From the IMG/VR virus record IMGVR_UViG_3300044508_000033: DNA of 64,000 bases. One strand, 5' to 3'. The stretch is from a virus. Made by a program: the position numbers and the translations under genes. The notes beneath the pieces were generated by a model. It was not told where the DNA came from, made no database searches, and saw only the letters and a list, made by a program, of their open reading frames with translations. This document shows positions 17,696-27,325 of this stretch, one piece after another (position 1 is the first letter of the stretch; every line of letters starts with the position of its first letter).

Positions 17696-20008
17696 TTGAG
17701 CTTCGACAATACTTTATTCATCGAGCCTTCTGTTCTCGACGCCTGGGCTCGCTTCTACGCCTTCGACCTGCGGTGGGTGATCATGCCGATCCACCGCTTC
17801 ATCGGGTATGCGCCCGATGGACGGAAGCGTTGCTCGTGCGAGCTGACGGGCAAGAAGTGGGACAACTGCAATGCGGGTAAGCCGGGCAAACATCCTTGGA
17901 AGGGATGGAAGCAAGTCCCGATGGACACGCCTGAGCAAGGCTACGCCGCGTTCAGGGCGGTTTTTGATATCTACCCGCACGGCGTGAACATCGGTGTCCG
18001 CACAGGTCGCGTGAGCGGGATCTGGGCCGTGGACCTCGACGTCGGAGACGAGAAGAACGGAATCCGCGATCTTGAATCGTGGATGACGAAGAACGGGTTG
18101 GGCTGGAATGACATGTCCACCCTCACGGCAAGAACCGGGGGCGGCGGCTGTCACATCGTCTACAGCTACCCGAACGCCACAGAGAAGATCCGCACAGTGG
18201 CTCCGCACAGTGAGTTGGGCCGGGCTGTCGATGTGAAGGGAGACGGGGGGTACATCCTCGTTGCGCCAAGTGTTCACGCATCGGGCTCGATGTACGCATG
18301 GCACGAGACGCCGAAGAGAGAGTCAATTCTTCCCGCACCCGACAGGCTTCTTCACATCTGCGAGACTCGTCCGAAACAGACATTCGATGCGGAGTACACC
18401 CCAACCCTCCAAGAGCTTCGCGGGTTGGCGGACAAGCTGTCACGCACGAAGAGTCAGCTATCCAAAATCGTCGGGACCAACATGTTGTTCGCGCTCGAGG
18501 GTTCGCCCATCGCGGAAGACGGTGGCGCCCACGACGCGTATCGGGACATTGCTTGGTTCATCGCCCAGAAGTACCCGACTGCAAATCCGAGCACGATCGC
18601 TGACTATCTGCGCGAATCTGTCGAGGCGCGTTACGCGAACAAACCCAACGCGTCGACTGACATCAGCAACATCCTCGACTCCGTTCACACAGCTCTATCG
18701 AAGGTTCAAGAGAAGGCAAAGAGCTGGGAGGGCCAGGTAGCGCTCAACGACAAAAGCATGCCGATCGCGAACGATCCGAACATGCTTTTGTTCTTCAGAA
18801 ACCACCCAGCGTGGCACGGTGTTCTTGGGTACAACAAACGGTTGAACAAGCCTGTCTACCTCGAACCTCCGCCCATCGCGCTCAACACGCAGCGCGGCGC
18901 CCCCGTAGACCTAATGCGCGACAAATCAGAGATCGCTCTCTGGTTTCAAGTGCATGCGCAAATGCGTGGGCGCTTCACCCTCACCGACGTTCAGTCAGCG
19001 CTTGTTACATCGGCGTGGGATAACGCTTTCGATCCGCTTATCGATGCTGTCATGTCCCTCGACGGGAAGTGGGATGGTGTTCCTCGGCTAGAGACAGCTC
19101 TACAGCGCGTCGCCGGAGCACCCGACACTTGGTGGACTCGCCGCGTGTTCCCTCTCTGGATGAAAAGCCTAGTGGCTCGCATCCTGTGGCCTGGTTGCAA
19201 GTGCGACACGATGCTCATCTTGGAAGGCAAACAGGGCTTCAAGAAGAGCACCTTCTTCGCATCTCTTCTACCGGACAAGCAATACTTCAGCGACTCCATC
19301 GCGAAGGCGAACCACGACAACGAGACAATACGCCTCGTTCACAGCGGACCTGCGATCTTCGAGATTGGTGAGCTGAGTGCGCTCAAGAGAGCTGACGTAG
19401 AAGAGATCAAGACGTTCCTGTCGGCTTTTCAAGACTCCCTGCGTCCGCTCTACGAGGCGGCGCGTATGACTCCGCGCAGGTGTGTCTTCGTCGGCACGAC
19501 AAACAAGGATGACTACCTCAGAGATGAAACCGGAGGGCGGCGTTTCTGGCCCGTGTGCGTCACGCGCAACATCGACATCCAGACCGTAGTGGCAGAGCGC
19601 GAGATGTGGTTTGCGGAAGCGATAGCTCGGCTGAGGGCGGGCGAGATTTGGTGGCTCGACGAAGATGACGCGGAGGTTGCTCGGGCAGAACAGGCTCTAC
19701 GCCTAGAGGAAGACATCTGGCTGCAACCGATTGCCGCCTGGCTTGCTGATCGCGCCGACCCGAACGTTACGGTCGAATCCGCGAAAAGCGGTACAGAGCA
19801 GATGCAAGCGCTGTTGAACTCGAAAAAAGCCGGTGACGTTGTGACGGTATTTCAGGTCGCAGAGTGCGCACTGAAAATGGAAATAAAAAACGCCAGAGGA
19901 GGTGAGTTCAATAGAATAACGCGCATCCTGAAATATTTAGATTGGGTCCCTGACAGGCGTATTTGTAACGGAAAAAAGGCGCGTGTTTGGGTCAGACCGA
20001 ATATCTAA
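17696..20008 (+). CDS. Bifunctional primase-polymerase fused to a VirE/VapE-like P-loop domain
   Basis: GKHP, NIGVRTG, AVDLD, RTGGGGCH, DVKGDGGYILVAPSVH; C-terminal GKQGFKKST, GTTN...LRDETGGRRFWPV. Confidence 0.92.
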   Translation: MSFDNTLFIEPSVLDAWARFYAFDLRWVIMPIHRFIGYAPDGRKRCSCELTGKKWDNCNAGKPGKHPWKGWKQVPMDTPEQGYAAFRAVFDIYPHGVNIGVRTGRVSGIWAVDLDVGDEKNGIRDLESWMTKNGLGWNDMSTLTARTGGGGCHIVYSYPNATEKIRTVAPHSELGRAVDVKGDGGYILVAPSVHASGSMYAWHETPKRESILPAPDRLLHICETRPKQTFDAEYTPTLQELRGLADKLSRTKSQLSKIVGTNMLFALEGSPIAEDGGAHDAYRDIAWFIAQKYPTANPSTIADYLRESVEARYANKPNASTDISNILDSVHTALSKVQEKAKSWEGQVALNDKSMPIANDPNMLLFFRNHPAWHGVLGYNKRLNKPVYLEPPPIALNTQRGAPVDLMRDKSEIALWFQVHAQMRGRFTLTDVQSALVTSAWDNAFDPLIDAVMSLDGKWDGVPRLETALQRVAGAPDTWWTRRVFPLWMKSLVARILWPGCKCDTMLILEGKQGFKKSTFFASLLPDKQYFSDSIAKANHDNETIRLVHSGPAIFEIGELSALKRADVEEIKTFLSAFQDSLRPLYEAARMTPRRCVFVGTTNKDDYLRDETGGRRFWPVCVTRNIDIQTVVAEREMWFAEAIARLRAGEIWWLDEDDAEVARAEQALRLEEDIWLQPIAAWLADRADPNVTVESAKSGTEQMQALLNSKKAGDVVTVFQVAECALKMEIKNARGGEFNRITRILKYLDWVPDRRICNGKKARVWVRPNI

Positions 20009-20161
20009 ATAATAAACAATGTTTTTGGACCATCGGGAACACCCAATTTCTACCCTAAGAGGCATACAGGGATATGTACTACATGTAGGAGTTTCTTTGG
20101 CTGTAGCTCTCTTGTGCCTCAATTACGGTGTTCCAGACGGCCCATAAAGTATTGGTGTAAA

Positions 20162-20848
20162 ATGCACGGAACAGATTTGCGTTGGCGCGCTGCTGGTTTT
20201 CCGACCCTGGCGATCGCAAAAAAAGCCTTCAGTGAGATCCGCAACAAGATGATTCGCGACGGCGGTCTGTCTCCTGGGGATCCGTTTCCAGAAGCGTTCA
20301 ATGAGTTCGGGTTGTGGCTTATCGAAGGCCACCCCTCTGCCGACGAGATGTTGAGGCACGGCCTCGCGTACTTCACGTTCCATATGAACGGACACGGAGC
20401 GCGCTCGTCACACGGATACAGCCTTGTTGATCAGATTGGGCGTACGTTCGCCTTCAGCGTGGAGACAGCACTTCGCGGTAGACGTCCATCGCACAAACAC
20501 CTTGTTCTAACGGCGATGCGATACGCTGTTTTGAAGCAGACACAAAGTGCGAGGAGCAACGCGATCGCCGATGGTCGGCTATGCCCAGATACGGGTGTTG
20601 CCCTAACGTACGAGAACACAGACGTCGACCACGCAGGGTTCTCGTTCAAGCAGCTAGCGGAGTGTTTTCTCGAACACACTCTTGCAGGTGCGCCGATCGA
20701 GAACATCGTGCTGTCAGGTAGAGACCTGTCGGACGTCGCTCTCAGAGACAGATGGTGCGCCTATCACGCAACGTACGCGCAACTCGAAGCTGTTTCTAAA
20801 GAAGCACACAACATTCGCACAGAGCGAAGAAGAACGGATGAAGAATGA
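20162..20848 (+). CDS. DCL/DUF3223-like domain plus C-terminal HNH-like nuclease
   Basis: LIEGHP....G...F...FAFSV; DVDH...W..YH...QL..VSKEAH; locally lower GC. Confidence 0.6.
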   Translation: MHGTDLRWRAAGFPTLAIAKKAFSEIRNKMIRDGGLSPGDPFPEAFNEFGLWLIEGHPSADEMLRHGLAYFTFHMNGHGARSSHGYSLVDQIGRTFAFSVETALRGRRPSHKHLVLTAMRYAVLKQTQSARSNAIADGRLCPDTGVALTYENTDVDHAGFSFKQLAECFLEHTLAGAPIENIVLSGRDLSDVALRDRWCAYHATYAQLEAVSKEAHNIRTERRRTDEE

Positions 20849-21228
20849 CCCAACCCTACAAACACATCGGCTACGAAACCCTCGCCGCAGCCCTCGACGC
20901 CTACCGCGATCTGCGAGACCACATCCTCGCGGGCATCGAGCAGAGCTACAGCCACACGGTCTGCGTTCCGATGATTCACGAAGGCACGCTCCTGCTCCTC
21001 GCGCAGGGGCACCCGGACCATAAACAGCTCCTCGAGAACGGCTACAGCCACTTCATCCTGTTCGACAACGGCCGCCGCGCGATCAAGAACGCGAACTGGA
21101 GCTTCGCCATCGTCGGCAACGACGGCACCATCACGCACCTGTCGATGCACGGATGCCTCACCGGCAAGCGCAGCAAGACGGCGTACATCACGGACGACAC
21201 AAACCCGTTCAAAGGAATCCAGTCATGA
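20845..21228 (+). CDS. DCL/DUF3223-like protein, paralog of the preceding gene without the HNH part
   Basis: GYETLAAA...LAQGHPD...GYSHF aligns with GFPTLAIA...LIEGHPS...GLAYF. Confidence 0.6.
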   Translation: MTQPYKHIGYETLAAALDAYRDLRDHILAGIEQSYSHTVCVPMIHEGTLLLLAQGHPDHKQLLENGYSHFILFDNGRRAIKNANWSFAIVGNDGTITHLSMHGCLTGKRSKTAYITDDTNPFKGIQS

Positions 21229-21644
21229 TCGAGTCGGAAAAGAGCATCGACCGCATGCAGAGCCAAATCGAGAAGCTCGGCTACGAGTTTTTCTACAGCA
21301 GCGTCGAGAGCACGTGGTGGTGGAAGCAAGGCGCAACGATCAGTGCCAAGCAGTTTCCGACCAAAGAGCTAGTGCTCTTGAGCGCCGCTTTGAACTTTGG
21401 TGCAACGCAACAGGAAGCATTAGATGCAGCAGCAATGAGCGTCGAAGAGACGCAAGCCGCGCTCGCTAACATGCGAGAGGATATCGCCAAAGCTAGAGCA
21501 ACGGACGAAAAGGCGTGCTCGGCGCTGGCGGAGGCGAGGACCGCACTCGAAAAGAGCCTTGTCGTAATCCGCGATCTCAGAAAAGAGATTCACGATCTCA
21601 AGAAAACGATCCACGCCCTCGAGCGCGACCCGCGTTTCGACTGA
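21225..21644 (+). CDS. Coiled-coil hypothetical protein
   Basis: ATGA overlap; heptad-rich C-terminus. Confidence 0.65.
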   Translation: MIESEKSIDRMQSQIEKLGYEFFYSSVESTWWWKQGATISAKQFPTKELVLLSAALNFGATQQEALDAAAMSVEETQAALANMREDIAKARATDEKACSALAEARTALEKSLVVIRDLRKEIHDLKKTIHALERDPRFD

Positions 21645-21657
21645 GGAGGATGCGGCG

Positions 21658-21840
21658 ATGAAACGGGACACACCGACGCATGAAGAGTACAAAGAGCAGC
21701 TCTGGCGCAACTTGCTGGACCACAGCGAGGCGAACAGACTCGACGGCTACCAACGAGGCTACAGCGAGGGTTTTCGAGACGGAGGCTCGCTCGCTTGCGT
21801 AGTTTGGATCATCGTCGAGCTTCTTCGGTGGGCGCTATGA
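21658..21840 (+). CDS. Small C-anchored membrane protein (paralog 1)
   Basis: GAGGAGG RBS; ends VELLRWAL. Confidence 0.65.
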   Translation: MKRDTPTHEEYKEQLWRNLLDHSEANRLDGYQRGYSEGFRDGGSLACVVWIIVELLRWAL

Positions 21841-22052
21841 ACTACGGAGATGACTACGACAGTCGCTTCGCCGCGTACGTGCAAAACCACACGGAGCAGA
21901 TCCGCTTTGTTCATTACAAACAAGCGGAAGCACACTTCAGTCGAGAAGTAACTTCAGCGCACGACGCAGGCTTCAGCAAAGGTATGCGCACCGGAGGTTT
22001 GATGGTTTCGTTCACGTGGCTAGCTGTTGAGCTTCTTCGGTGGGCGCTATGA
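21837..22052 (+). CDS. Small C-anchored membrane protein (paralog 2)
   Basis: ATGA overlap; ends VELLRWAL. Confidence 0.65.
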   Translation: MNYGDDYDSRFAAYVQNHTEQIRFVHYKQAEAHFSREVTSAHDAGFSKGMRTGGLMVSFTWLAVELLRWAL

Positions 22053-22243
22053 GCGACGAACATCGCTACTCCGGTTGGCCCGGTGCAATCTGCCTGAACT
22101 GCGGTTGCGAAGACGCACTCGAGCTGTGTATCGCGGAAGGCTGTTGGCCGTTCGACAAAGACGACAACTACGTCCCGTGCGACAAACCTGGGCATCAACG
22201 CGAGCCTTGCCCGCACGCAACGCAGAGTGAGGGATCTTCGTGA
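22049..22243 (+). CDS. Small Cys-rich protein
   Basis: HRYSGWPGAICLNCG; ATGA overlap. Confidence 0.6.
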   Translation: MSDEHRYSGWPGAICLNCGCEDALELCIAEGCWPFDKDDNYVPCDKPGHQREPCPHATQSEGSS

Positions 22244-23658
22244 GCGCCATCCTCCCTGTCGAGATTCTGCTCACTCATCCACGTGGCGAGTACATGGTCT
22301 CGCCGTCGCAGATCGCCGACTACAACCTGTGTCAACGCAAGTGGGCGTTCAAAACGATCGCCAAAGTCGACGTTCCGCAGCACCCGTCCGCTGAGATGGG
22401 CACGATCGTACACGCGATCCTCGAAGCGTGGCTGCGGGACGCAACACCACCCAACGTCAAACCCCCGCGCAAAGGCGAGAGCAAGCTCGACAAGGCAGCG
22501 CGCATTGCTGCTCGGATGATCAAACACCTGCCCCCTCCCGGAACAGGGGTCGTCGAGCGGCAGTTTTTCCTGCGCTCGCGTCGCGGGCACATCTACACCG
22601 GGAAGATCGACTGGTCCGGCTATTTCGACGCTTGGCCCACTGTCATCGACCACAAAACGACCGGCGACCTCAACTACGCGAAAACGGAAACGAGTTTGCA
22701 CGAGGACGTCCAGGCGACGATTTACGCTCTCGCAGGTTTCGCAGGTTTTGGTGTTGACAGCCTGGTATTGTTCTGGAACTATGGCACTACGAAGGGACGC
22801 GACAGCCAAACCCGGCCTGTGAAGTCCGGTTTCAGGTTGCCCGTCGTGGCAGAAAAGTTCGAGTGCAGCATCGAGCCTGTGGTGGCCGAGATGCTCGGGC
22901 ATCGTTACGCGAAGACGAGTCCGTACGACCTCCCAGCAAATGAGTCAGCGTGCGACGCCTTTGGCGGCTGCCCGCATCGCAACATCCGTTGCAATCCGAC
23001 GAGTGAAAGGAACCCGTTCAGCATGACCCAAGGACAACAATCGATGGCCGACCGCATGTCCGCTTTCGGACCCCCGCCCCAAGCGCCGCAGGGCTTCGGT
23101 GCCCCGCAACCGCAGCCCGGCTACGGCGCCCCTCAGCCGCAACAAGGTTTCGGCGTCCCGCAGATGCCCCAGGCCCCGCAGCAGGGCTACGGCGCTCCGC
23201 AGCCGCAGCAGGCCCAGCCGATGCCCCAGCAGGGCTACGGCGCCCCGCAGATGCCCCAGGCCCCGCAGCAGGGCTACGGCTCCCCGCAGATGCCCCAGGC
23301 CCCGCAGCCCCAGCAGATGCCCCAGCAGGGTGGCTTTCAGGCCCCTGCGCCCCCGCCCGGCTACGCGCAGCCCCAGCAGGCCCCGCAGGGCGCCTACAGC
23401 GCCGAGCAGGCGCCCAACCCGCCCGAGAGCGGCATCATCGCCCCGGCAGCGCCCGAAGGCGAGGGCGACGACAAGGGCAAGCGCGGGCGCGGCCGTCCGG
23501 CGGGCTCCAAGAACAAGGAGTTGGGGCCGGAGCAGCACGTCTTCCTCGTCGGCGTCCAAGCCGCGCTCGGTCGCCCGGACTTCAACGGGTCCGTCGACAT
23601 GCTCGTGCAGGGCGGCGACCTCGCCGTCCAGGCGTGGAAGAAGCGCTACGCCGAGTGA
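22240..23658 (+). CDS. PD-(D/E)XK (Cas4/RecB-like) exonuclease with P/Q/G-rich linker and AT-hook
   Basis: SPSQI...C.RKW, GTIVH, GKID, IDHKT, Q..IY, CDAFGGCPH...C; KRGRGRPAGSKNK. Confidence 0.85.
   Translation: MSAILPVEILLTHPRGEYMVSPSQIADYNLCQRKWAFKTIAKVDVPQHPSAEMGTIVHAILEAWLRDATPPNVKPPRKGESKLDKAARIAARMIKHLPPPGTGVVERQFFLRSRRGHIYTGKIDWSGYFDAWPTVIDHKTTGDLNYAKTETSLHEDVQATIYALAGFAGFGVDSLVLFWNYGTTKGRDSQTRPVKSGFRLPVVAEKFECSIEPVVAEMLGHRYAKTSPYDLPANESACDAFGGCPHRNIRCNPTSERNPFSMTQGQQSMADRMSAFGPPPQAPQGFGAPQPQPGYGAPQPQQGFGVPQMPQAPQQGYGAPQPQQAQPMPQQGYGAPQMPQAPQQGYGSPQMPQAPQPQQMPQQGGFQAPAPPPGYAQPQQAPQGAYSAEQAPNPPESGIIAPAAPEGEGDDKGKRGRGRPAGSKNKELGPEQHVFLVGVQAALGRPDFNGSVDMLVQGGDLAVQAWKKRYAE
23161..23310 (+). 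repeat. Coding repeat (QMPQAPQQGYG units)
   Basis: cagatgccccaggccccgcag at 23161, 23248 and 23287. Confidence 0.8.
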
Positions 23659-23763
23659 TGACCGCGTAGATCGCACGCGAGACGAACACGCACGCTACGA
23701 AACACTCGCGCTCTGCTGCATGGGGCAGAGCGCGAGTGTTAGGCGGAAGGAAGGGGTTTGAAC

Positions 23764-24480
23764 ATGGGCTACGAAAGCGACACGCAGTTCGAGCTGCACG
23801 AGATCACGGAAGTCGACGCCAACCCAGACGGCTCCGGTTGGAGCGTCAGTTTCGGCGGTTTTGGGATCTGGGTCACGAGCAAGAACTGCTCAATCCCGCC
23901 GCGCGTCGGCGAGGCTGTGCAGCTCTTCGGGGCTGGATTCGGCTACGCAGTTCGCGGCATCATCGTCAGCGGTCGTGTCTATCGCTACGCATCCCAAGAG
24001 GATTGGGACAAGCAGATCGCGGCCGAAGTCGTCAAGCAAGCCCGCGAGAGGGAAGAGCAGGCGCAGAGGGAGCGCTCGGATCGAGACGCTCGCATCGAGA
24101 GGCTGCCGGAGCCGCTGCGTCTTCGCATGTGGCGCTTTCACAAGGTGAAACCGAACTTCGCATCGACGACGGAGCCGTACGAGCTGTTCGTGTGCGAAGA
24201 GGCTGCGAAGATCGCGAGCCACTGCTGCAACGTCGAGATGCTCAAGGTGTTTCACGAGCTGGAGCACGAAGAGCAGATGAAGATCGTCAGCGTCGATCAC
24301 AGCGGAAACACCTTCGCGCAGGCGATGCGTCTTGCGCATCTACTGCTCGAGCGCCCCGAGCTTGCACCGTACGCGCACGCTGCGACGTGTCCGCTCGGAG
24401 GCTGCACCGAGTCTGGGTGCTGGGCAGGACACGAAGGCAAGAACGGGGCAGTCCTCCCTTCGCCGGAGATCGAACAGTGA
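23764..24480 (+). CDS. Hypothetical protein
   Basis: 238-aa ORF in the operon; HSGNTF motif. Confidence 0.7.
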   Translation: MGYESDTQFELHEITEVDANPDGSGWSVSFGGFGIWVTSKNCSIPPRVGEAVQLFGAGFGYAVRGIIVSGRVYRYASQEDWDKQIAAEVVKQAREREEQAQRERSDRDARIERLPEPLRLRMWRFHKVKPNFASTTEPYELFVCEEAAKIASHCCNVEMLKVFHELEHEEQMKIVSVDHSGNTFAQAMRLAHLLLERPELAPYAHAATCPLGGCTESGCWAGHEGKNGAVLPSPEIEQ

Positions 24481-24656
24481 GCTTCGAGAAACCCTACACG
24501 CGGCATCGCGAAGCTCTCGTAGCCGCACGGAAGGCAGCGCGCGAGTACGACGCGACGATCGTAGTCGTGTGGTACCCAGACGACGGCGTCTACTTGCTGC
24601 ATCGAGAGAGCGCACACGACTACTCCCATCGCAACGTCGTAGCGAGGGTCGAGTGA
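24477..24656 (+). CDS. Small hypothetical protein
   Basis: GTGA overlap. Confidence 0.5.
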   Translation: MSFEKPYTRHREALVAARKAAREYDATIVVVWYPDDGVYLLHRESAHDYSHRNVVARVE

Positions 24657-24735
24657 CGGACACCAAAAGACGTCACCTGGCGACAGACCGGATGCTCAGA
24701 GCGTGGCGTAAGACAGTTTGCAAGGAGACTCAACC

Positions 24736-25182
24736 ATGAACCCAACCCTCGCAAATCTCTTGGGCTATGTCGCGACCAACGTCGAGCTGTGGTCCGGCAG
24801 CGTGCGCAGAGAGCTTGCCGGTGAAGACGTCAAGTCACTGCTCATCGCGTCGGGTTGGATGCCGGAAGGCAAGACGCTTCGCGAGTTCGCGATCGCAGTC
24901 GCGGCAGACGTACAAGAAGCCGTCAGCGACTACGCTGAGCTTCGCGATCTCGAGCGCGACGAGCTGAAGGACCAGATCGCGGCGCTTCGTGAGCGCATCC
25001 GGCAGCTCGAAACCGAACCAGAGATCGCCCCTGCGGAGGTCTGGATGCAAAAGGTGATCGCGGCCGGAAACAAGTTGGCAGAGGCTGCATCTTCTGCCAT
25101 CAAGTTCTCGGATCATGCCGCGTACAACCGTGAGGTTCGAGAAGCCATCACGGCGTGGGGCTCTGCGCGGGACGGAGAGTAG
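24736..25182 (+). CDS. Coiled-coil hypothetical protein
   Basis: AAGGAG RBS. Confidence 0.7.
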   Translation: MNPTLANLLGYVATNVELWSGSVRRELAGEDVKSLLIASGWMPEGKTLREFAIAVAADVQEAVSDYAELRDLERDELKDQIAALRERIRQLETEPEIAPAEVWMQKVIAAGNKLAEAASSAIKFSDHAAYNREVREAITAWGSARDGE

Positions 25183-25186
25183 AACG

Positions 25187-25570
25187 ATGGGCACGACACG
25201 TCGCGGTTTTCTCCAACTGCTCGGTCTCGGCGCCGCAACCGTTGCTGTCGAACCTGTCCGCCGGTTCTGGCAAGTTGGCACGCAACTCGTGCGACCGACG
25301 ACGGAAGAGGTCGTCGCCATCAACCGGAAGGCTCCGGGCTTCAGACCCGTTGAGGGGCAACCCGGACTCTTCGTCGATGCGACAGGGCGCATCGTCAGCA
25401 TTCGAGACTTCAACGAGAGCGCCATGTACAGCACGCTCGTGCTGCCGCCTCCGCCGTACGAGAAGCCGATCAGCATGCCGAGAACGCTCCAGATGCTGAG
25501 AGCGTCGGACGCAGTGATGCAATCGCAACTCCACACCGCACTCGAAGATTACAAGCTCGGCAAGAGCTGA
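25187..25570 (+). CDS. Protein with twin-arginine-like N-terminus
   Basis: MGTTRRGFLQLLGLGAATVAV. Confidence 0.65.
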   Translation: MGTTRRGFLQLLGLGAATVAVEPVRRFWQVGTQLVRPTTEEVVAINRKAPGFRPVEGQPGLFVDATGRIVSIRDFNESAMYSTLVLPPPPYEKPISMPRTLQMLRASDAVMQSQLHTALEDYKLGKS

Positions 25571-25589
25571 AGAACAAAGGGACAAACAC

Positions 25590-26462
25590 GTGACCGAAAC
25601 CAAGCGCAGCCGCACCGCCATCGACGCCAAGCGCGGCAACATCTTCTTCGTCGATCCGAACAACCTGACCATCATCGGCGTCGACACCAACGACGGCCCC
25701 GAGCATCCGCTCTACGACGAGCGCATCAAGGAGCCGCTCTCGGAGGAGACGATCAAGGACTTCTGCATCCGCGGGATCCTCGAGAACGTCCTCGTCCGCA
25801 AGAACGGGGACAAGCTCGAAGGCATCGCCGGTCGCCGTCGCGTTCTGCACGCTCGCGAAGCGAACAAGCGGTTGCAGAAGGAGGGAGCCATCGCAATCAC
25901 CGTCCCGACCGTCACCAAGAACGGAACGGACGCGGAGCTTCTCGGAATCGCCCTCGCCGAGAACGCACACCGCCGCGACGACAGCCCGACCGTCAGCGCG
26001 CAGAAGCTCGAGCGTTACATCTCGATGACGAACGCATCCGAGGCGGACGCGGCGATCGTGTTCAACGTCTCGGTTCAGACGATCAAGAACTGGCGCGCGA
26101 TCCACAGCCTCGACCCGAAGGTCAAGCGCGCCATCGACAACGGCACGCTCAAGGCCAGCGCGGCGCGCGACCTCGCGAAGCTCTCGCGTGAGGATCAGCG
26201 CGAAGAGCTGGACAAGCTCGCCGCCGAGGGCGGCAAGATCACGGGCAAGAAGGTCAGCGCAGCCGCGAAGGCGAAGAAGAAGGGCGACGAAGAGGTCAAG
26301 AGCGCGCAGGGCAAGCGCCTCGTTCTGAAAGTCCTCAAGGCGAACGAAGAAGTGAAGACGCTCCCGATCGAGTTCGTACACGCGATCGAGTGGATGCTCG
26401 GCGAGCGCAGCGCCCGCAGCATCCCCGGTCTCAGCGGGCTCATCAAAGAGGCGCAGGGGTGA
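25590..26462 (+). CDS. ParB-like protein (ParB/Srx domain plus HTH)
   Basis: GILENVLVR...IAGRRRV, ENAHRRD, HTH AAIVFNVSVQTIKNW. Confidence 0.85.
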   Translation: MTETKRSRTAIDAKRGNIFFVDPNNLTIIGVDTNDGPEHPLYDERIKEPLSEETIKDFCIRGILENVLVRKNGDKLEGIAGRRRVLHAREANKRLQKEGAIAITVPTVTKNGTDAELLGIALAENAHRRDDSPTVSAQKLERYISMTNASEADAAIVFNVSVQTIKNWRAIHSLDPKVKRAIDNGTLKASAARDLAKLSREDQREELDKLAAEGGKITGKKVSAAAKAKKKGDEEVKSAQGKRLVLKVLKANEEVKTLPIEFVHAIEWMLGERSARSIPGLSGLIKEAQG

Positions 26463-26689
26463 AGAAGCGCAGAGAGCGCTTTCGCGAGCTTCCGCAGAGC
26501 TGCGGAAACATCCGCTACTACGGCCTGACCCTCGGACAGAGGGTCACGGTCGTGTCGGACAACTACTACGGTCCTGGTTTTGTGGTGGGAGAGCCACCGC
26601 AAGGAACAGGGATATACGTCGAGACCCCGAAAGGTCGGTTGTGGCTCGACGGGTCGCAGATCGCTGAAGCAACGGAGCCGTCAAGATGA
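26459..26689 (+). CDS. Small hypothetical protein
   Basis: GTGA overlap. Confidence 0.5.
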   Translation: MKKRRERFRELPQSCGNIRYYGLTLGQRVTVVSDNYYGPGFVVGEPPQGTGIYVETPKGRLWLDGSQIAEATEPSR

Positions 26690-26952
26690 AGTTGAGCGAA
26701 GAAGAGGTGCGCCTCGTGACGCGTATCATGCAGAACCCCGACTTCTTGCAGGCCGTGTCAAGCGAGGCGTGCTGCCTCAATATGGCTGCGGCGCTCATCG
26801 ACGCAGGCCGCATCGTTCACGAGAAGTCGCTTACGCAGGTGTTGAAGATCATCCTCGTGCTTCTCGGCAAGGTCCACCCGGACGTCGTCGAAGAAATGCG
26901 CAGAGAGATGGTACAAGCCATGCTCAACATGTCGCGCTCCAGCGGTAACTGA
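26686..26952 (+). CDS. Small helical protein
   Basis: ATGA overlap, GGAG RBS. Confidence 0.6.
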   Translation: MKLSEEEVRLVTRIMQNPDFLQAVSSEACCLNMAAALIDAGRIVHEKSLTQVLKIILVLLGKVHPDVVEEMRREMVQAMLNMSRSSGN

Positions 26953-27105
26953 ATGAAGCGCGAAGAGAAAGCGCCTGCTCTTTGTCCTAAGTGCGGCTCA
27001 GGCGAAGACGAGCGAGAGGTTCGCAACTACGATCCGGTTTGGCGCGACGGAGATGTGTGCTGCACGCGGTGCGGAGAGAAAGTTAGGAGCTACGATGCGG
27101 GTTGA
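26953..27105 (+). CDS. Small Zn-ribbon protein
   Basis: Manual translation MKREEKAPALCPKCG...CTRCG. Confidence 0.55.
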   Translation: MKREEKAPALCPKCGSGEDEREVRNYDPVWRDGDVCCTRCGEKVRSYDAG

Positions 27106-27325
27106 AGAGCTTCCGTATGAAAGACTGAAACGTAAGCTCGGCGCGGAGCTGATCGAACAGACGGAGACAAAAGACGGTGTCACGCTCACGGTTTATGCTG
27201 CTGAGGTAGACGACGATCGGGTTCGAATCGGCGTGGTAAACCGCGGCGCTCGCTCCGAGATGTCGGCTGTGTTTACACGAGAACAAGCGCATCGCTTTGC
27301 TCGAGACCTTCTCAGGGTCGCATGA
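27095..27325 (+). CDS. Small hypothetical protein
   Basis: AGGAG RBS; stop overlaps the helicase ATG. Confidence 0.55.
   Translation: MRVEELPYERLKRKLGAELIEQTETKDGVTLTVYAAEVDDDRVRIGVVNRGARSEMSAVFTREQAHRFARDLLRVA

Noticed and set aside
22240..23658. CRISPR-Cas locus suggested by the Cas4-like nuclease and nearby repeats
   Set aside because: The repeats are in-frame coding repeats without unique spacers, and there are no other cas genes
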